From Felis catus (Eukaryota): DNA of 64,000 nucleotides. This document shows positions 11,625 through 24,364 of the stretch, one piece after another. The position numbers and the translations under genes were made by a program. The stretch covers positions 206,524,001-206,588,000 of the forward strand of contig NC_058368.1 in NCBI RefSeq assembly GCF_018350175.1, in the 5' to 3' direction. Every line of letters starts with the position of its first letter. Positions within the stretch are counted from its first letter, which is position 1. The notes beneath the pieces were generated by a model. That model worked only from the letters and a program-made list of their open reading frames with translations, had not been told where the DNA came from and made no database searches.

Positions 11625-11998
11625 GAAGCAGTGCAGTACAAGTTGTGGAGTGAGACCTGTAGAGTTCAAACCCCCTCCACCTCTTATAATCAGGTGGTTT
11701 TAGTCATGTGCTTCTGAAAGTTTAATCATCTGTTGATCTTATTAGAAAGCAGGTTTTGATTTGGTAATCTGAGGTGGGGCTTGACATTCTGCGTTTTTTA
11801 ACAAGTTCCCAAGTGATGCCGCTGCTGCTTGTCTCTGGAACACAATTCTGTGCCTCAGTTTCTTATTCCACAAAATAAGGACAATAGTAATATCTATCTA
11901 CCTCTTATTTACTCTAGGGCTCATGTGAATTTATACTACTAAACTACTTTAATAGTGCCTGGCACATTGTAAACATTTAATAAGTGTTGGCTATTATT
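11625..11998 (+). mobile_element. MIR interrupted by MER5
   Basis: ctgtgcctcagtttctt...tagtgcctggcacattgtaaacatttaataagtgttggctatt. Confidence 0.75.
11708..11846. mobile_element. MER5A-like hAT MITE
   Basis: ggtggggcttgacattctgcgtttttaacaagttcccaagtgatgccgctgctgct. Confidence 0.75.
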
Positions 11999-12004
11999 CT
12001 TATC

Positions 12005-12145
12005 GACATTCAAATCAGCCTCATGGGGCAGGTGCTATTATTATGCATTTTCCGGGGAAGAAAACTGAAGGTAGAGAAGCTAAGTAACTTGTTCAAGGTC
12101 ACATAATTAGTCACATAGGGCAGAACTTTGACTTTAAGTGGTAGC
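12005..12145 (-). mobile_element. MIR
   Basis: gaagaaaactgaagg...taagtaacttgttcaaggtcaca. Confidence 0.75.
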
Positions 12146-13559
12146 TTTTCATGATTTCTTCAGGAGGCAACTGCACGAACTCCCTTGTTCATTAAATTTT
12201 TTGTCACAAATGACTCCAAGAAGCTAAGTTCCCAACACTGTGTTCCGATGTCCAGTAAAGGACACCACAAGTTTTGCTTAAAAGCTTTCTTCAGAATCTG
12301 TTTACTATCAGGAATTTCTTCCTGAAGTTAAAAAGTGTGCTTCATCTAACATGTTGAGTCATGTGTTCAGTAGACACAGATGATCCTCTACCATTTCCAT
12401 CCTCTTGAACTGAAAGTCGCTGTTCTTTTTCAAGTCATTTGCTTCTTTTCAGCAGCTTTCTGTATCTTTCCATTTGCATTAGCTTTGTCATACTGCAGAT
12501 GGAAAACCTAAGAAATGACTAGCTTTATTACCGAGGTGAGAGGGTTTTCAAAATAATCTATAAACTTCCTGTCAAGAGTGTATGTGTTATGAAATGATGT
12601 TCCAGCAGTGGTACATAGAACGTGCTTTCTACTCTCCAGTTGTCCTTGTGACCTGTGGGTACCTCTGTGGGAGGCCTTGTCAAGATGAACTGTCTCCTGA
12701 CTGACTTGTCAGTGTGGGGAATGAATTTACAACCTGGGCCTCAGACAACATTTTATGAAAGTGTATTATTTATACACTTGTCATCTGGTAAGTTCTTTCT
12801 AAATTTGAAGGAACTTAAAAGGGATGTGGATGATGGTCAGTAAACCTAAGATGCTCATGGGTATGTGAGACAACCCAATATTTTGCTCCTTTGTTGAAAA
12901 AGCAATGACAGCCATTTTTGTAGGCAGTCATGTACTTTGTGTACAGGAGAAAAGTGAATTGATGTTTCTCACTCCTAAAAACATTGTTTACATTTTTAAT
13001 TAAATTCGGGTTTGAAAAGCAAAAACAGTGTATTTGATTACAATATTAAGTTCAGGAAAACACCTTATTTATTCCACCCTCAGAATGTGTTCCCAAGAGA
13101 TAATGTGATATGGCTCATTATCTTCCTGCTCTGGTACACCGAAGCTATTGCTCCTTTCATCTAGGAAGTTAGTTTAATTAGTCTTGTTCTCCAGGTTTTC
13201 ACCTGAGCAGTTGCAAAGTCAATGGCTGGAAATCAGTATTTTACAGAAATTTAGGGATTTATTTTATTTGGAGAGCAAAGATTTAAAAATGCATCATGTC
13301 AGAAATTGTTTAAACTAGGTTAACAGAAATCAGACCTTCCAAAATGGCAACACTGGGCACGTTATGCCAGTAATTTAAGGGGAAGTGAGGACTGTTGCTA
13401 TAAATCTCAGCATCTTTATTACAAGTTTCATTTCCTCATAAGTTTTTAAAAAGGCGTGTTAAGAATGAATGCTGTTGGTTGCATCTTTGAAGTGTAAGGG
13501 GTAGTTTTTTAATGATTTCTACTCCTGGCACAAAGCAGTTCCACACACTTGCTTGTTAT

Positions 13560-15950
13560 TCATCCATTCATTCATTCTGTACACTATTCATTCATTCTAT
13601 ACACATTCATTCTATACTTCAAATCAGCCTTACTTATGTCTATATGACATTGTCATATAGTCTATTCATATAGACAGAATATTTAGCTAGGTGACTAGAA
13701 TAGAGAACCTGGGGCATAGGGGTAGTCTTAGATAAGAAGGTCTGGAACTGAGCCCTGGTCACCCTGCCACAGTGGGGTTGAGAAGAGAAGGAGGATTCTG
13801 TGAAGTAGATAGCAAAGGAACAGTCTGTGTTAGCTGTGTTCAGCACTGTTGAAAGTTGGTATAGGCTGGGGACCAAACACTGATGGTTGGGTTTGGCAAT
13901 GTGGGTAAGCTTAGTGAAATGATGAGTTAACATTCTGATCGTAGAGATTGAGAGCATAAAGACAAGTATCATAAGGTCTCTTTGGGGGGAGTTTTTCTAT
14001 AAATGAGAGTTAAAAAATGGTCCAGGTGCTGGAGGGAGATTGTGGGATCGGGGGTATTTTTAAGACAGGAGATAGTACAGCATCATTGTATACTGATGAG
14101 AAAACTGTATTACAGATGAGAAAACTGGTGTTACAGATAGGAGAGGGGATAATTGTAGGAGCAAAGTCTTTGGGTTAGGGGTAAAGGGGTGGCATCCAGA
14201 TAATTAAAGGAGAGGTTAGCTTTAGATAGGAGTAGGAACAGTTTCATCCTTGTGACAGGAGGGAAGATAGAGGGTATGGGTGCAGATGGAGGTAGGCTGG
14301 TAAACTTGGTGTAAGAAGGATATAGGAATATTTCCTAAGTGATTCTATTAGGAAAATAAGAGGCAAATCTTTTAGCTATGAGTAAATGTAGAGTTAGTGT
14401 GGAGGTTTGGGGATAGAAAAGATATGAAAAGGGGTGTCCTGCAGAGTGGAGAAATGAGACGAATATAGAAGATTGCTGTACAGTATTAGCCTTTTTGAGA
14501 TTTGAGGCCATCCTTGAAAGACCAGTGAGCAGTGATTCAAATTTTTTTTTAGCCACGTTCAGCTGCTCAGTTGCAGATGTGTAGTGGGCATAGAGTTAGT
14601 TTTAGCAGGTTGTAGTTTTGTTGGACAAATCTAAAAGATGCAGAATAGATGAGGATGTAGGCAAAGAGTGATTAAAATCATGGGTCTTGGACCTAGATTT
14701 TGTGCAAGTGAAGGAGGGAATTGAGAAAAGTAGGTGGTAGGGCCAGTGGATTAGATGTCCCAGTAGGGCCAACAGAGTTTTGGAATAAGTGTGACAGAGA
14801 GTGTAAACTGGAAAGATAGAAGTTAGAGAATAGAGAATGGTATCTTTGAAATTGAAATTAGTGATCTCTGTCAGTAGTGACAAGATCTAGGGTAAAACCA
14901 ATGAAGTGTGTACTTGAGGTAAGGTTGAGAGCAAGATCAATTCTAACCAATAGGTCAGGAAATTGATACGCCTCCTCCTCCTCCCTTCTATTCCACTGCC
15001 AGACTTTGAGGTGCAGAGAGGCAGAAGAAGAAGAGATCCTTCCTTCAAGAGGGCTCAAGGAGACTGTGTTACCAGACGGCAGCAGGGGAAGGGAGTGTTC
15101 AGAGAAGAATTATATTAGCTTGTTGGTACTGCATCACAAAGCACCATAAACTGGTGACTGAGAACAGCAGAATTTTGTTGTCTCACAGTTTTGAAGGCTA
15201 GATAGAAGTCTGAAATCAAGTTGTTGGCAAAGTCCTATTTCCTCTGAAGACACTAGGGAGGGGTCTGTTACAGGTCCTTACTAGCTTTTAGTAGTTCCTT
15301 GATTTATGACAGCACAACTCCAATATCATATCCTCCCTATGTGTATGCCTGTCTCTAAATATCCCCTTTTTATAAGGATATTAGTCCTATTGGATTAGGA
15401 GACCACCCTACTCTAGTACCGCCTTATTCTAAATTGAATAATTACATCTGCAATGACCCTGTTTCCAAATAAAATCACACTCTGAGGTACTTGGGGTTAC
15501 GACTTCAATACATGAACTTGAGTAAAGAGGGGAACCCACTTGAACCCATAATAAGAGTGTTTGCTGATGACAGACAAGAAGACATAATGGAAGGGTTTTA
15601 GAGGGTAGAGGATGGTTGGGAAAGTGGGTCAGAGTACTAGATGTACACAATGCTTGGGATGATGGATGATATGGGAGTTCAGGTTTCTGACTGACAGGTA
15701 ACAGGGATGTTGGGCATGATGGTATTAGACCTGGTGGCTAACCAGGGTGACATGGGCCCTTGGACAGGTGTTTTCTACTGCAGGATCATGGCTGAAGGAG
15801 TAGTGAAAGAGCCCTCGGTATGCTAGTATGCTGACCTTGGGAACAGAGGAACTCTGGAAACTTCTTTTCTTGAGTTCTGAGGTGGTGTGGCAGACTCAGG
15901 GAAGGCCAGTCTCACTTGGTACATGAGGCTGGGAACACCCGTCTTTTTGG
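13560..15950 (-). mobile_element. L2 LINE (tail plus ORF2 relic) interrupted by MLT1
   Basis: (ATTC)n tail at 13560; purine-rich antisense body; ORF 14335-14556 resembles L2 ORF2. Confidence 0.75.
15111..15553 (-). mobile_element. MaLR solo LTR (MLT1B/C-like)
   Basis: tatattag...gtctcacagttttgaaggctag...acatctgcaatgaccctgtttccaaataa; 5-bp TSD agaat/agagt. Confidence 0.9.
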
Positions 15951-16181
15951 GGGATTGTGTTGTGTTGGCTGAGACATGAGTTGTGAAGAAGTGTCTTTAC
16001 CATCTGATAGCCTCATGTTGTGGAACTTATTAATCAGGTGACCTCTCAAAATTATAAGTATTTTGTTAGCTGTAGAATACAGTGTGGGGTATCGTATTAA
16101 GAACGTTTCTTAACATGTTTCAGCAATACAATTTAAAATTTGAGTAAAAATTCAAATTTCAAGGGGACATGTTTATTCTTT

Positions 16182-16392
16182 TAAAATTTTTTTTTAATGT
16201 TTATTTTTGAGAGAGAGAGACAGAGTGTGAGTGGGGGAGGGGCATAGAGAGAGGGAGACACAGAATCTGAAGCAGCCTCCAGGCTCTGAGCTGTCAGCCC
16301 AGAGCTTGACGTGGGGCTCAAACCCACGAACCGTGAGATCATGACCTGATCTGAAGTCAGATGCTTAACTGACTGAGCCACTTAGGCACCCC
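16182..16392 (-). mobile_element. Can-SINE inserted at the tail of the next SINE
   Basis: Full body; inner repeat tattcttt. Confidence 0.95.
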
Positions 16393-16598
16393 TATTCTTT
16401 TTTTTAATGTTTATTTTTGAGAGAGAGTGCAAGCGAGGAGGGGGACAGAGAGAGGGGGCAGAGGATCTGAAGCAGGTTCTGCACTGACAGCCCCCAGCCT
16501 GATGTGGGGCTTGAACCATTAACTCGAACTCACAGAACTGTGAGATCACAACCTGAGCAGAAGTCAGACACTCAACCGCTGAGCCACCCAGGTGCCCC
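16393..16598 (-). mobile_element. Can-SINE
   Basis: Outer TSD gggacatgtttattctt brackets both SINEs. Confidence 0.95.
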
Positions 16599-17029
16599 AA
16601 GGGACATGTTTATTCTTAAAGGAAGAAACTTATGGATATGAGTACTTGGAATTATTTAATATATTCATTATTATATGCTGCTGCAAAGTGAGTTTTCTAT
16701 GTTCATCAAGACAGGCATGGTGGGACCTCTATCAAAATGAGCTTCACAGATTTGTCAAATAGAAGAATTTTGGTTTGGGTGTCCATCTATTTTTCTCTTC
16801 TCTCTCTATATATTCCACTTGCTGATACTTGCTTTTCTTTCTGCTCTGTGGGGGTTCCTTACTTGCCTGCTTTATTCTTCTTGATTCTCCATTTTCTTCC
16901 TGAGCTGTCTCAGTTGTATTTTAGAAAAAATATATTTATAGAACTAAGTGATATTCCAAAAAAAAAAAAAAAAAGGTGAAGAGCAAAAGCTTGTTAGCTA
17001 AGGTGTTAGATGCTTTCACAGTCTTACCT

Positions 17030-17088
17030 TTTTCTTTTCTTTTTTTTTTTTAGAGACAAAGAGCATGTGCCGGGGAGAGGGGCAGAGT

Positions 17089-17128
<40 letters not shown>

Positions 17129-17269
17129 CAGAGAATCCTAAGCAGACTCCACACTCAGTGCAGAGCTTGACTTAAGACTTGATGTAGCGCTTGATCCCGT
17201 GACACTGGGATCATGACCTGAGCCAAAATCAAGAGTTGGATGTTTAATTGACCGAGCCACCAGGTGCCC
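17030..17269 (-). mobile_element. Can-SINE (older) inside a MIR
   Basis: gagccaaaatcaagagttgg...caggtgccc. Confidence 0.93.
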
Positions 17270-17460
17270 TAATTGTTACCTCGTAATTTCAGTTACTCCT
17301 CATAGGGAGGGAATAGATGGTATTCTCTTTCATAGATGGGGAAACAGCCACAGAGAGATTAAGAGACTTGGCTCAAGGTTATACATTTAGTTAGAGAGAT
17401 GCATTTTTGATTCAGATTCAGTCCAGTGGACTTGAAAATACTCTTTTCCCCATTACATCA
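17270..17460 (-). mobile_element. MIR
   Basis: catagatggggaaacag...gacttggctcaaggttataca. Confidence 0.7.
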
Positions 17461-17519
17461 TTTATTCCCTAGTGTGACAAACATGTGGCCTCCTTCAAGT
17501 GTATTGCCTTTGAAAGAAG

Positions 17520-17710
17520 ATGCTGCCTGATGTAATAAAGGCAGCTTCTTGATCTGGAGGTTCAACACCTGTTATCATAGCTGGTGTTATCATTTAGTAG
17601 CTTTGTGATCCCTTATCTTCAACTTTAAGGTAGGGCTAATATTATCTACCTCCAAGGTTATGATCATGATGAATAAATGATATGATAAAGAACTGGGAAA
17701 ATCATTGCAT
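17520..17710 (+). mobile_element. MIR remnant
   Basis: gggctaatattatctacctccaaggtt...aaatgatatga. Confidence 0.5.
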
Positions 17711-18230
17711 TGGTTGTATTCTTTTCTGTGTGTTTTAATATCAGTTATTTCCTTCTCTTTTCCATTAGTTATTTAAATTCAGAACAAGAATGCTTGTTAA
17801 ACCACAGGAAAAAAATCCCTAACAATTGGTAATGATGGACCAGGGCATAGGTGATTGGGAGATTTTACAGTGCATCTCAACCCATATCAAAGCCAAAAGC
17901 CTGGATCTAAAAATTGGCCTTAATTTGTGGTTAGAATATATTATTATTGCACAGGGGAAAAATATCTCTATTAAAAAGGTCCAGTGAATCTGACCCCTCC
18001 CAAATTAATGCAATCTCTCTTTTTAACAGGTCCAAATTAATCATGCATTACTATATTCAGCTCTTTAAGTGTGGCTGAGCTATTAGTAAGGATAATTCAG
18101 GAACATTGAGCAATTTCCTCTCAAACACAAGAGCCAAAGAAATTCCTTTAAGATGTGAACTTGAGTTCACTTAGTAACTCTTAGTAAATTTAACCCCATG
18201 TAAGTCTCTTAGTAAAATTTAACCCTGTGT

Positions 18231-18424
18231 GGGGCGCCTGGGTGGCTCAGTCGGGTGAGCATCTGACTTCGGCTCAGGTTATGATCTCATGGTTTGTGAG
18301 TTTGCGGAGCCTGGGCCTGCTTCAGATTCTGTGTCCGGTTCTCTCTCCGCCCCATCCCTGCTTGTGCTCTGTCTCTCTGTGTCTTTCAAAAATGAATAAA
18401 CATAAAAAAAAAATTAAAAAAAAA
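18231..18424 (+). mobile_element. Can-SINE, internally deleted
   Basis: ggggcgcctgggtggctcag; TSD-like aaat(t)taaccc(t/c)(g/a)tgt. Confidence 0.93.
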
Positions 18425-18507
18425 TTAACCCCATGTAACTGAGTCATTCTCTCACTTAGGCCTGCATTGGAATCTCCTGAAAGATAAAGAGGAGATGGCT
18501 CGTATGG

Positions 18508-18680
18508 CAGCAGTCTCAAACTTTAGTATTTTAGAATCTCTAGGGAACCTTGTGAAAAAACCCTTTGCTCAGAGATTCTACACTGCTAGATGTAAAGTGA
18601 GACCCAGGCCTCTGCATTTCTGCAAAGCTCTTGTGGTCATTCTGATGCCAAGGATCAATAGGCAATTTGAGAAACACCGA
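18508..18680. mobile_element. MER5-like hAT MITE
   Basis: cagtctcaaacttt...gacccaggcctctgcattt...tttgagaaacac. Confidence 0.7.
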
Positions 18681-18764
18681 CCAATTGATACAAGCCTATC
18701 ATTTGAAAAATGCAGTCATTTTAAGTCAATGACCAGTTTCTTACTGTTGTCCTTTGTTCTTGTT

Positions 18765-18956
18765 GTGTTTGTTTATTTTGAGAGAGAGAGAGAGAGAGAG
18801 AGAGCATAGGTGGCAGAAAGAGGGAGATAGAATCCCAAGCAGGCTCTGCACCAGCAGTGCAGAGCCTGATGTGGGGCTCGAAGTCATGAACCATGAGATC
18901 ATGACATGAGCTGAAGTTGGATGCCTGCCTAGCCAACTGAGCCATTCAGGCACCTC
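18765..18956 (-). mobile_element. Can-SINE
   Basis: TSD ttgtcctttgttcttg. Confidence 0.95.
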
Positions 18957-20019
18957 TATTGTCCTTTGTTCTTGACTTGCTGTACTTGGTATCTTGTGGT
19001 GCATGTGAATGGAGCTTAATATATTTTAGTAGGTGAAATAATCTTGGGAAAATTTACCTGTAAACTATTAGAATTTCAAGGAAAGAGTCAACCTTCAGCA
19101 GATGTCGGCCACATTTTTGTCCACCTGTTTCTCCTGGTTTCTTGCATCACAGTTATCCATTTTCTTCACAATAGAATGCTCAGTAAAGGAAGTTAAGTGC
19201 ATCATTCCTGTGGCTGTATTTTCTACAAAATTCAATAATGCTGATCCCTTTAATTTCAGATCTCTCAGGGGCAAAGAGCCAAGAATCAGATTTATAAGGC
19301 TACAAAAACTCATCAAATGCTATCTAGTATGTTCCTTGCCTTTGGCAGGATCACATTTAAGTCAATCTATTGCAGTTGTACTTCCTAGGGGACCAGGAGT
19401 ACCTGCACCTGCGCTGTGGGGGAGGGGGGGGAACACCTCCCTGCACACGTGTTCCCTCACCTCTGGTCCTAGATTACAAAAATCATTTCTCTGTGCATTG
19501 GCCATTTATTTGTAGAGGATTGTTAAGGCAGGAAAAGGTACCAGGTCTTTTTTGACGTGGTCAGCAGACATGGTCCTTATGAAAATTAAAGGATCATTGG
19601 AAGGAAGAAACATCAGCTGCTGTTCTTTAAGAAGAAGCACTGAGACCCAAAGTGTGGATTAGAAACCAGTAGCAAGTGTGTTCTCTTTCCTTGGGAAGTA
19701 CTGTTGTACTGCCACAGGGGATGTTCTGTGATGGTACCAACCCCTCAAAACCAAGCCAGTGGGAGTAATGAGGGATTCAAAGAGCAAGAGTCAGTGATAT
19801 CCAGGTGTAGTTTGTGATTTTCATATTAGCGAAGGATTCTTTCAAATTGCCTTGCTTTATCTAAAATTTTCCATATTACCTTCTTTGAGAGGTATTAGAA
19901 CAGGGAGCAAAGCCATCAGGAATGGAGACAAGAAGGCTGTTAGTTGAATGAGCAACTAAAATTGGAATTAAAACAGTTTTATGTTCAGATGTAATTGCCA
20001 TTCACTCTCCCCCAGCCGT

Positions 20020-20080
20020 GCCTGTGCAACCCCTAATAGGGTGCCCTGTGCATAGTAGGTATTCAATAAGTGCTTATAAC
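20020..20080 (+). mobile_element. L2 3' tail remnant
   Basis: gtgccctgtgcatagtaggtattcaataagtg. Confidence 0.55.
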
Positions 20081-20974
20081 CTGTTTATTCATTTTAGTGT
20101 ATTTGTGAGACAAGAGTCCTTGGATTGAGATTCTTTCAGTTCTGAGATCAGAATCATGGGAATTTTCAGTGTTGTCTATAAGGGGTGGACAGGGTTTGGA
20201 CTAAAGATGATGACACAGCCCATCACTTCCTTGGGGAGTAGGATGATATCCTGGGCCATGGCTGAATGGGGCTGAGTGGCTTGCAACACCTCACAGAAAT
20301 GACCTGTAATGTAGCATAGAAACTTCCTCTATTGGGGCCTTCCAGGCATCAGGACCAGTCTCTTCTGAGACATAAGAATGAGTAGGTCTTGGGATTTCTG
20401 GTTGATGTGGGAATTGCATTTGCCACTACGGGTGGGTGCATTTGTGGCAGGCAACCTGTGTCTGGAATTTGCTTGAGTGGGACAAATTCTGCAGTACCGT
20501 GTCTCTGTGGTCCCATTCCCTGTGGGCAATTGGACTTAGAAGGTGGCCAAAGTGGTTAGGGTCAGTCATCTAGCCTGACTCTGTGTGTCCACCCTGGGCT
20601 GACAGTCCCAAGGACTTGGGGAGAATGTTTCACTGACAGAAAGTAAAATCACCCCAAGACTTTCTTTAGTGTCCTGTTTGAGTATTACGATAAATATTTA
20701 TTATTTTGGTGAAAAGAATCTTCCTTGCATGTCATATTCCATCTTGTGGGAAGAAAATATTAAGACAAGAGGGCATTTATCATTCTAGAGTTTATTGGCT
20801 TGTATTGTTTATTTATTTCTGAAAGGAAAACAGTCCCCATATCAGGAAGTGGTAACATGACAGAGCCAAGCCTACAGATGCAGGGTGGAGAATGGGCTGG
20901 CAAAGTCTCAGGCTGTTCTAGCAGTGTCATTTTTCAGAAAATGATTCTGCTCTCATGTTGGTGGCACTGACACT

Positions 20975-21115
20975 CTGCTCTCCCTGATCTAGTTCATGGC
21001 CACCCCCTTTCCAGGCTTTAAGACCTCTCACCTCAGCATCAAGCCTCAGTTTCTCCATTTGCACATGAGAGATTGCAGATGTTACTTTAGATGTGTTTTT
21101 CATCTCTAATGGCTG
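20975..21115 (+). mobile_element. MIR3-like remnant
   Basis: aagcctcagtttctccatttgcacatgag. Confidence 0.55.
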
Positions 21116-21180
21116 TAGTTATTATCTTTCAAACATTTAAGGCTTTTTTGGTATACTGTATTAAGAGAGTGAAAATCCTT

Positions 21181-21354
21181 GGGGCGCCCTGGTGGCTCAG
21201 TCAGTTAAGTGTCCCACTCTTGGTTTTGGATCTGGTCATGATCTTATGGTTTCATGGTTTTGAGCCTGCTTGGGATTCTCTGTCTTCCTCTCTCTCTGCC
21301 CCTCCCCCACTCGCCCAGTCTCTACCTCTCTCACAATAAATAAATAAACTTAAA
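21181..21354 (+). mobile_element. Can-SINE, internally deleted
   Basis: ggggcgccctggtggctcag...aataaataaataaac. Confidence 0.93.
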
Positions 21355-22794
21355 TCCCATGAAACCTAGAAATCCTAAAAGTATAAAGTAAAATGTGTCA
21401 GCATTCCTTGTATGGTGGGTGACCAGACCAGAGGAAGGTTAAGTGTTGGTATGGATACTTCCCTGCAGGCATGGGAAGGGCAGTGATTTCATCTGGGAGG
21501 GCTGGCTTTCACTAATAAGAACCTCTGGAATGTAGTGCCCAGGAAATCAAGATTCTGTTCTTGGACTGGTGTGTAGAGAAACAAAATTACATCCCATTTG
21601 TGCTCTACGGAATCCCCTCCCCCCCATCTCATCTCCACTCCCTCCCCATCCTCCAGCTTTACCACTTTCTTTCTCTTCCTCTCTTGCTTCTCTGTAGGAA
21701 TTTTTGTACCTCTGATTGCCTTCTCTCTCCGTTTCATTTTCCCCCCATGTTTCCCTCTTTTTGTTTGTCCCGGATCCTTTAGACCAAACATATTATAGCT
21801 CTTATTTTACTTTTAAAATTTTCTTTGATTTTTAAAACCTTCTTCTTAATTGTTAATGAACAGAGGCTTATTCTTTTTACACTAAATGAAAGTGGAGTTA
21901 AATTGATTTCCATGCACATGGCCCCTGATTTTCTTTTTTCCTGCATGAAAGTGATTTACAAAGCCAAAAACAAAACAACCAAAATGAAGAAACAAGTAAA
22001 CAAAAAAAGTTCCACCACCTTACTGTTAACAAGATATGCGTGAACAGTGAAGTGTTGGTATAATACCCAAGATGGGGAAATGTAAATTATTTTACTACCT
22101 GTTGCTTTTTAGAGGCAAGTAACACTCAAGGTAGAAAGATTTTCATTTTCCAGAGAACCGTTGGGGTTGGGCTTTCAGATGAAGGATCTTAGCCTAAGTG
22201 AAATATCTGAGAAGCCTAAAGGTGGAGATTGTGGTAAGGGGGTGCTCAAGTAGGCACACATCCAACCTCCCTCATCGTATCCAAACCCTTACTTTAATAT
22301 ATTTTTTAAAACTTTAAAATTTTATTGAGGTGTAATTGACATATAATATTGTATTAGTTTCAGATGTACAACATAGTGATTTGATATGTGTACATATTGC
22401 ATAATGATCACCACAATAAGTCTAGTTAATGTCCATCACCATACATAGTTACAAAGTTATTTCCCATGAAATGAGAATTTTTAGGGTTTACTCCCTTAGC
22501 AACTTTCAAGTATACAATACAGTATTATTGACTATAGTTATCATGCTGTAATTATATCCCCATGACTTACTTACTTAATAACTGGAAGTTTGTACCTTTT
22601 GACTCTCTTCACCCATTTTGCCCCCTCCACTCCTACCTGCCTTTGGCGACCACTAATCTGTTCTCTGTGACTAAGGCTCTATTTTGTTTTTGTTTTTAGG
22701 TTCTACATACAGTGAATCAAACTATGTCTTTTCTCTGTCTGACTTAGCTCACTTAGCATAATGCCCTCAAGCTTCATCCATATTGTTACAAATT

Positions 22795-22995
22795 CATTCC
22801 TCCCTCCCTCCCTCTGTATCTCTTCCTTTCTCCCATACCTTCTTCCTCCCTCCCTCCCTCCTCCCTCCCTCTTTCTTTTTTCTTTTCTTCTTTCTTTTCT
22901 CTTCTCTTCTCTTCTCTTCTCTTCTCTTCTCTTCTCTTCTCTTCTCTTCTCTTCTCTTCTCTTCTCTTCTCTTCTCTTCTCTTTTCTTTTCTTTC
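22795..22995. repeat. (CCCT)n/(CTTCT)16 repeat derived from a SINE tail
   Basis: CTTCT units at 22901-22980. Confidence 0.95.
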
Positions 22996-23086
22996 TTGTT
23001 AAGCTCTGCACCCAACATGGGGCTCGAACTCACAACCCCAGTGTCAATAGTTGCACCTCTACCAACTCAGCCAGTCAGGTGCCCCC
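22996..23086 (-). mobile_element. Short old tRNA-derived Can-SINE
   Basis: ggggctcgaactcacaacccc...cagccagtcaggtgcccc. Confidence 0.8.
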
Positions 23087-24364
23087 AAGATTTTCTTTTT
23101 TATGGCTGAATGATATTCATTTGTGTGTGTGTGTGTGTGTCACATTTTCTTTATCCATTCATCCATTGATGAACGCTTAGGTTGTTTCTATGCCTTGGCT
23201 ATTGTAAATAATGCTTCAGTGAGTATGGGGAGAGGTGCATGTATCTTTTCAAGTTAATGTTTTCATTTTCTTCAGATAAATACCAGAAGTAGAATGGCTG
23301 GATCATATGGTAGTTCTTTTTAAAATTAAAAAAAATCAAGGGACCTCCATACTGTTTTCTATAGTGGTTGCATCAATTTACGTTCTTACCAATAGTACAC
23401 AAGGGTTTCCTTTTCTCCACACCCTTGCCTTTTCTTGTCTTTTTGATAATAGCTATTTTAACAGGTGTGAGATGGTATCTCATTGTGGTTTTGATTTGCA
23501 TTTCCCTGATGATAGTGATGTTGTGCATCTTTTCAGGTACCCGTTGACCATATGTTGGCTATAGCTTGCCACTTATGTTTTCTTCTAGGAGTTTCGTGGT
23601 TTAAGTTCATGTTCAAGTCTTTAATCCATCCTGAGCTAGTTTTTGTGTACAGTGTTAGATAGTAGTTCAGTTTTATTCTTTTACCTGTAATGATCCAGTG
23701 TTTCCAGCACCATTTATTGAAGAGAATGTCCTTTTTCCAAATGTCTGTTTGCTCCTTTGTTGTAATTAATTGACCATATATGCACAGGTTTATTTCTGGG
23801 CTCTATTGTTTCATTGATCTGTGTGTCTGTTTGTATGCCAGTACCATACTGTTTTGACTACTAAAGCTTTGTAATCTAGTTTGAAATCTGGAAGTGTAAT
23901 GCATTCAGCTTTGTTTTTTCTCAAGATTGTTTTGGCTGTTTGGGGTCTTCTGTAGTTCCAAACAAATTTTAGGATTGTTTATTCTAGTTTTGTGAAAAAT
24001 GCCATTGAAATTTTAATAGAGATTGCATTGGGTCTCTAGATTACTTTGCATGCTCTCATTTTTAACAAGGACATTCCCTGCCTGGCTTTTTAGCATATTG
24101 GTCTTAACATGAGATTTTAATTGATGAAACATACCGCTGTTGATTTCATGCAACTTCTCCACTTTACAGATGAGGAAATTTCCTCTTTGAAAGAAAGTTC
24201 TCTTTAAGGAATGTATCCCTGACATGGTAAATAATAATAATAATACCATCAATACCACAATAATAGAAGCATACTGTTCATTTCAAGGTAGGGACTCCGT
24301 GCCAGTCGGGTATACTGCTGTCGTTGTGTTCTGCTCTAGGTATACAGAATGCAAAAGTCACTGT

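Larger units (their letters stand above)
22300..24045 (-). mobile_element. L1 3' end (L1MA9/L1_Carn-like)
   Basis: tttattgaggtgtaattgaca...atgatcaccacaataagtctagtt, then antisense ORF2 (ccagcaccatttattgaagag). Confidence 0.9.

Noticed and set aside
19102..19515. 137-aa ORF in unique sequence
   Set aside because: No recognisable domain, no convincing exon structure; compatible with chance.
22703..23180. Long R/E/K-rich and S/L/F-rich ORFs
   Set aside because: Translations of the (CTTCT)n array.
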